The translations under genes and the position numbers were made by a program. From Spirochaetia bacterium (GTDB lineage Bacteria > Spirochaetota > Spirochaetia > SZUA-6 > Fen-1364), in contig JBEKQU010000001.1 of NCBI GenBank assembly GCA_049519415.1, forward strand, positions 9,384-73,383: a stretch of 64,000 bases of DNA. Reading direction: 5' to 3'. Positions within the stretch are counted from its first letter, which is position 1. Each line of letters opens with the position of its first letter. Positions 62,603-64,000 of the stretch are shown in pieces. The notes under the pieces were generated by a model. That model saw nothing but the letters and a program-made list of their open reading frames with translations, did not search any database and was not told the DNA's origin.

Positions 62603-63423
62603 TTGATCCCTGAAGAGATATAGCCCCTGACGAATTGCTTCTGGAAAACCACGAAGACGACGAACAGAGGCAGGGTAACAATCATGGTGGCCGCGGACAG
62701 CAGGCCCCATTGGGCCCCTATCTCTCCCATCTGAGTGAACCGGACCAGGCCGGCGGTCAGAGGCCGGACGGCATCAGACTGCGTGATCACCAGGGGCCAG
62801 AGGAAATCGTTCCAATGATAGGACAGCGATGAAAGGACTATTGCCGCCAGCGAGGACCTGGCCGTTGAGAGGTAGACGTGCCGCAGCTCCTGGTCCCAGC
62901 GGCACCCATCGATTGCCGCCGCGTCCGCCAGGTCCCTCGGCAGGGACAGGAAGGTCTGCCGGAGGAGGAAGGTGGCGAAGGCTGACCCGAAAAAAGGCAA
63001 GGCGATGCCCGGTATTGTATCGTAGAGCCTCAGGAACCGTATTGTCGAGAAATTCGGCACCAGCAAGGCGGCGGTTGGAATCATCATCTGCAGGAGAATG
63101 ATCGTGAACAGCGCCCGGTCTCCCGCAAAACGATATCGGGTGAACGCGAAAGCTGCCAGGCTTGCCGTGATCACCTGGACTCCGATGATCGCCACGACCT
63201 GCATGATTGTATTCGCGTAATACCGGGCGAAGGGCGCCAGTGAGAAAGCCTTGGCGTAGTTGGCCAGGCTCAGGGAGGAGCCGAAGAATACGTTTCCCAG
63301 GGCAAAGGGGACCTCGGGGGGCCGCAGGGATGCGGCCAGGGCCCATGCCAAGGGAGTGAGCATCAAGGCGGCCAGGATCGTCAGTACCACGAAACGGACA
63401 AGCGGAGTGACTCTATTTTTCAT
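62599..63423 (-). CDS. Carbohydrate ABC transporter permease (MalG-type)
   Basis: EAA loop DAAAIDGCRWDQELRHVYL and six TM helices; 274 aa. Confidence 0.75.
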   Translation of the reverse strand: MKNRVTPLVRFVVLTILAALMLTPLAWALAASLRPPEVPFALGNVFFGSSLSLANYAKAFSLAPFARYYANTIMQVVAIIGVQVITASLAAFAFTRYRFAGDRALFTIILLQMMIPTAALLVPNFSTIRFLRLYDTIPGIALPFFGSAFATFLLRQTFLSLPRDLADAAAIDGCRWDQELRHVYLSTARSSLAAIVLSSLSYHWNDFLWPLVITQSDAVRPLTAGLVRFTQMGEIGAQWGLLSAATMIVTLPLFVVFVVFQKQFVRGYISSGIK

Positions 63424-64000
63424 GGCGTTCGCTTATGAGGGTATTGGTGACCGTGAAAGCCAGCAGCGCGAAAATCAACATCACCGTAACGGCGTCGCCG
63501 CGGCCGATGTCCAGCCGCTCGAAGCGAAGCTGCCAGAGGTAATACAGCGGGAGAGTGCTCGTTCCGCTGGGTCCTCCCTGGGTCAGAACGAATACATGGT
63601 CGACCGTTTGGAACGCGCCGATGAAGGCGATCGTTGTGACGAACAGAGTCTGACGTCGGATCAGGGGGAGGATGATTCCGGTCACCAACCGGGGTCCGCC
63701 TGCCCCGTCCAGCCGGGCTGCCTCGATCAGCGACCGGTCAAGATTCTGCAGGCCGGTAAGAAAGAACAGCATGAGAAAGCCGACATTTTTCCAGAAGGCG
63801 ATCAAAGCAATGGCGAAAAGAGCCAGGGAAGGGTTGCCGGCCCAGTTTTGGGGGCCCGAATACCCGAACAAGCGCAGCAGCTGATTCCAGAGCCCGTAGC
63901 CGGGGGTGAAAAAGAACATCCAGATCGTCGCGGCGCTCACCAGGGGAAGAACGGTCGGATGAAAAACCGCCAGGCGGAAAAAGGCAAGCCCCTTGAGCTT
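63413..64000 (-). CDS. Carbohydrate ABC transporter permease (MalF-type), C-terminal part; the gene continues beyond the window edge
   Basis: EAA loop EAARLDGAGGPRLVTGIILP. The open frame reaches position 64000. Confidence 0.7.
   Translation of the reverse strand, partial: KLKGLAFFRLAVFHPTVLPLVSAATIWMFFFTPGYGLWNQLLRLFGYSGPQNWAGNPSLALFAIALIAFWKNVGFLMLFFLTGLQNLDRSLIEAARLDGAGGPRLVTGIILPLIRRQTLFVTTIAFIGAFQTVDHVFVLTQGGPSGTSTLPLYYLWQLRFERLDIGRGDAVTVMLIFALLAFTVTNTLISERHEK

Noticed and set aside
1-64000. CRISPR arrays and rRNA genes
   Set aside because: No regularly spaced direct repeats or rRNA-like conserved stretches were seen anywhere in the window. Only one tRNA-like T-arm/acceptor structure was found, the tRNA-Leu.

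Overview
This is a high-GC (~64%) bacterial chromosomal segment, densely coding with many tight overlaps. Roughly 60 genes are supportable from the ORF translations. Genes from 4.1 to 15.9 kb form one long minus-strand run. High GC also produces many long spurious antisense or alternative-frame ORFs in the six-frame track, and these were discounted.

Main content, in order:
- **1-4.2 kb, alpha-glucan genes:** the 3' end of a 4-alpha-glucanotransferase gene (partial) and a 1,127-aa GH13 alpha-amylase-family multidomain protein.
- **4.1-15.9 kb, housekeeping run (minus strand):** MFS transporter, DAGK-family lipid kinase, RdgB/HAM1, an ECF-type sigma factor, NrnA-like DHH phosphoesterase, M24 peptidase, a small secreted protein, ornithine carbamoyltransferase, a COG2403 P-loop protein (cyclic 2,3-diphosphoglycerate-synthetase-like), an orphan metal-type ABC ATPase, a PNP/AMP-nucleosidase-family protein, and NagA.
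- **15.9-19.5 kb, tRNA-associated island:** a textbook sigma70 promoter drives a tRNA-Leu(GAG). This is followed by a ~3.4 kb low-GC patch carrying a small AbrB/MazE-like protein, a decayed IS5-family element, a mini MotA/ExbB-like membrane protein and a protein with only an integrase N-terminal SAM-like domain. This looks like a degraded tRNA-integrated island.
- **19.5-23.6 kb, sulfur-transfer module:** a CoA-disulfide reductase/rhodanese fusion plus a stand-alone rhodanese, with a perfect palindrome just upstream, then a hypothetical protein, an alpha/beta hydrolase and a TetR regulator.
- **23.9-26.5 kb:** a homospermidine synthase / ornithine decarboxylase polyamine pair.
- **26.6-30.7 kb:** a Tat-signal DUF362 protein, a membrane polyferredoxin, an unlisted 47-aa Cys4 mini-ORF, and a cytoplasmic PD40/TolB-like beta-propeller protein.
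- **30.8-33.0 kb:** a VOC protein, a SAM methyltransferase, and a HEPN/MNT toxin-antitoxin pair.
- **33.0-41.0 kb, first sugar locus:** a GH15-like (alpha/alpha)6 hydrolase, a ROK regulator and three ABC sugar-uptake genes (a solute-binding protein and two permeases), with a divergent URO-D-family gene.
- **41.0-45.0 kb:** an ABC-2 exporter with GldG-like auxiliary proteins.
- **45.0-57.8 kb, second sugar locus:** PEP-mutase/ICL-family protein, Zn-ADH, SDR, two more URO-D-family proteins, a LacI regulator, ABC sugar uptake genes (two permeases and a solute-binding protein), GH3 and a sugar-phosphate isomerase.
- **58.0-64.0 kb:** an esterase, a membrane-protein/processive-GT2 synthase pair, and the start of another sugar ABC transporter.

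No CRISPR array or rRNA was found. The most interesting points are listed under findings: the recurrent URO-D-like paralogs in sugar loci, the DUF362/polyferredoxin/mini-Cys4 module, the COG2403-argF operon with an orphan ABC ATPase, the companion-protein/GT2 synthase pair, and the decayed tRNA-Leu island.
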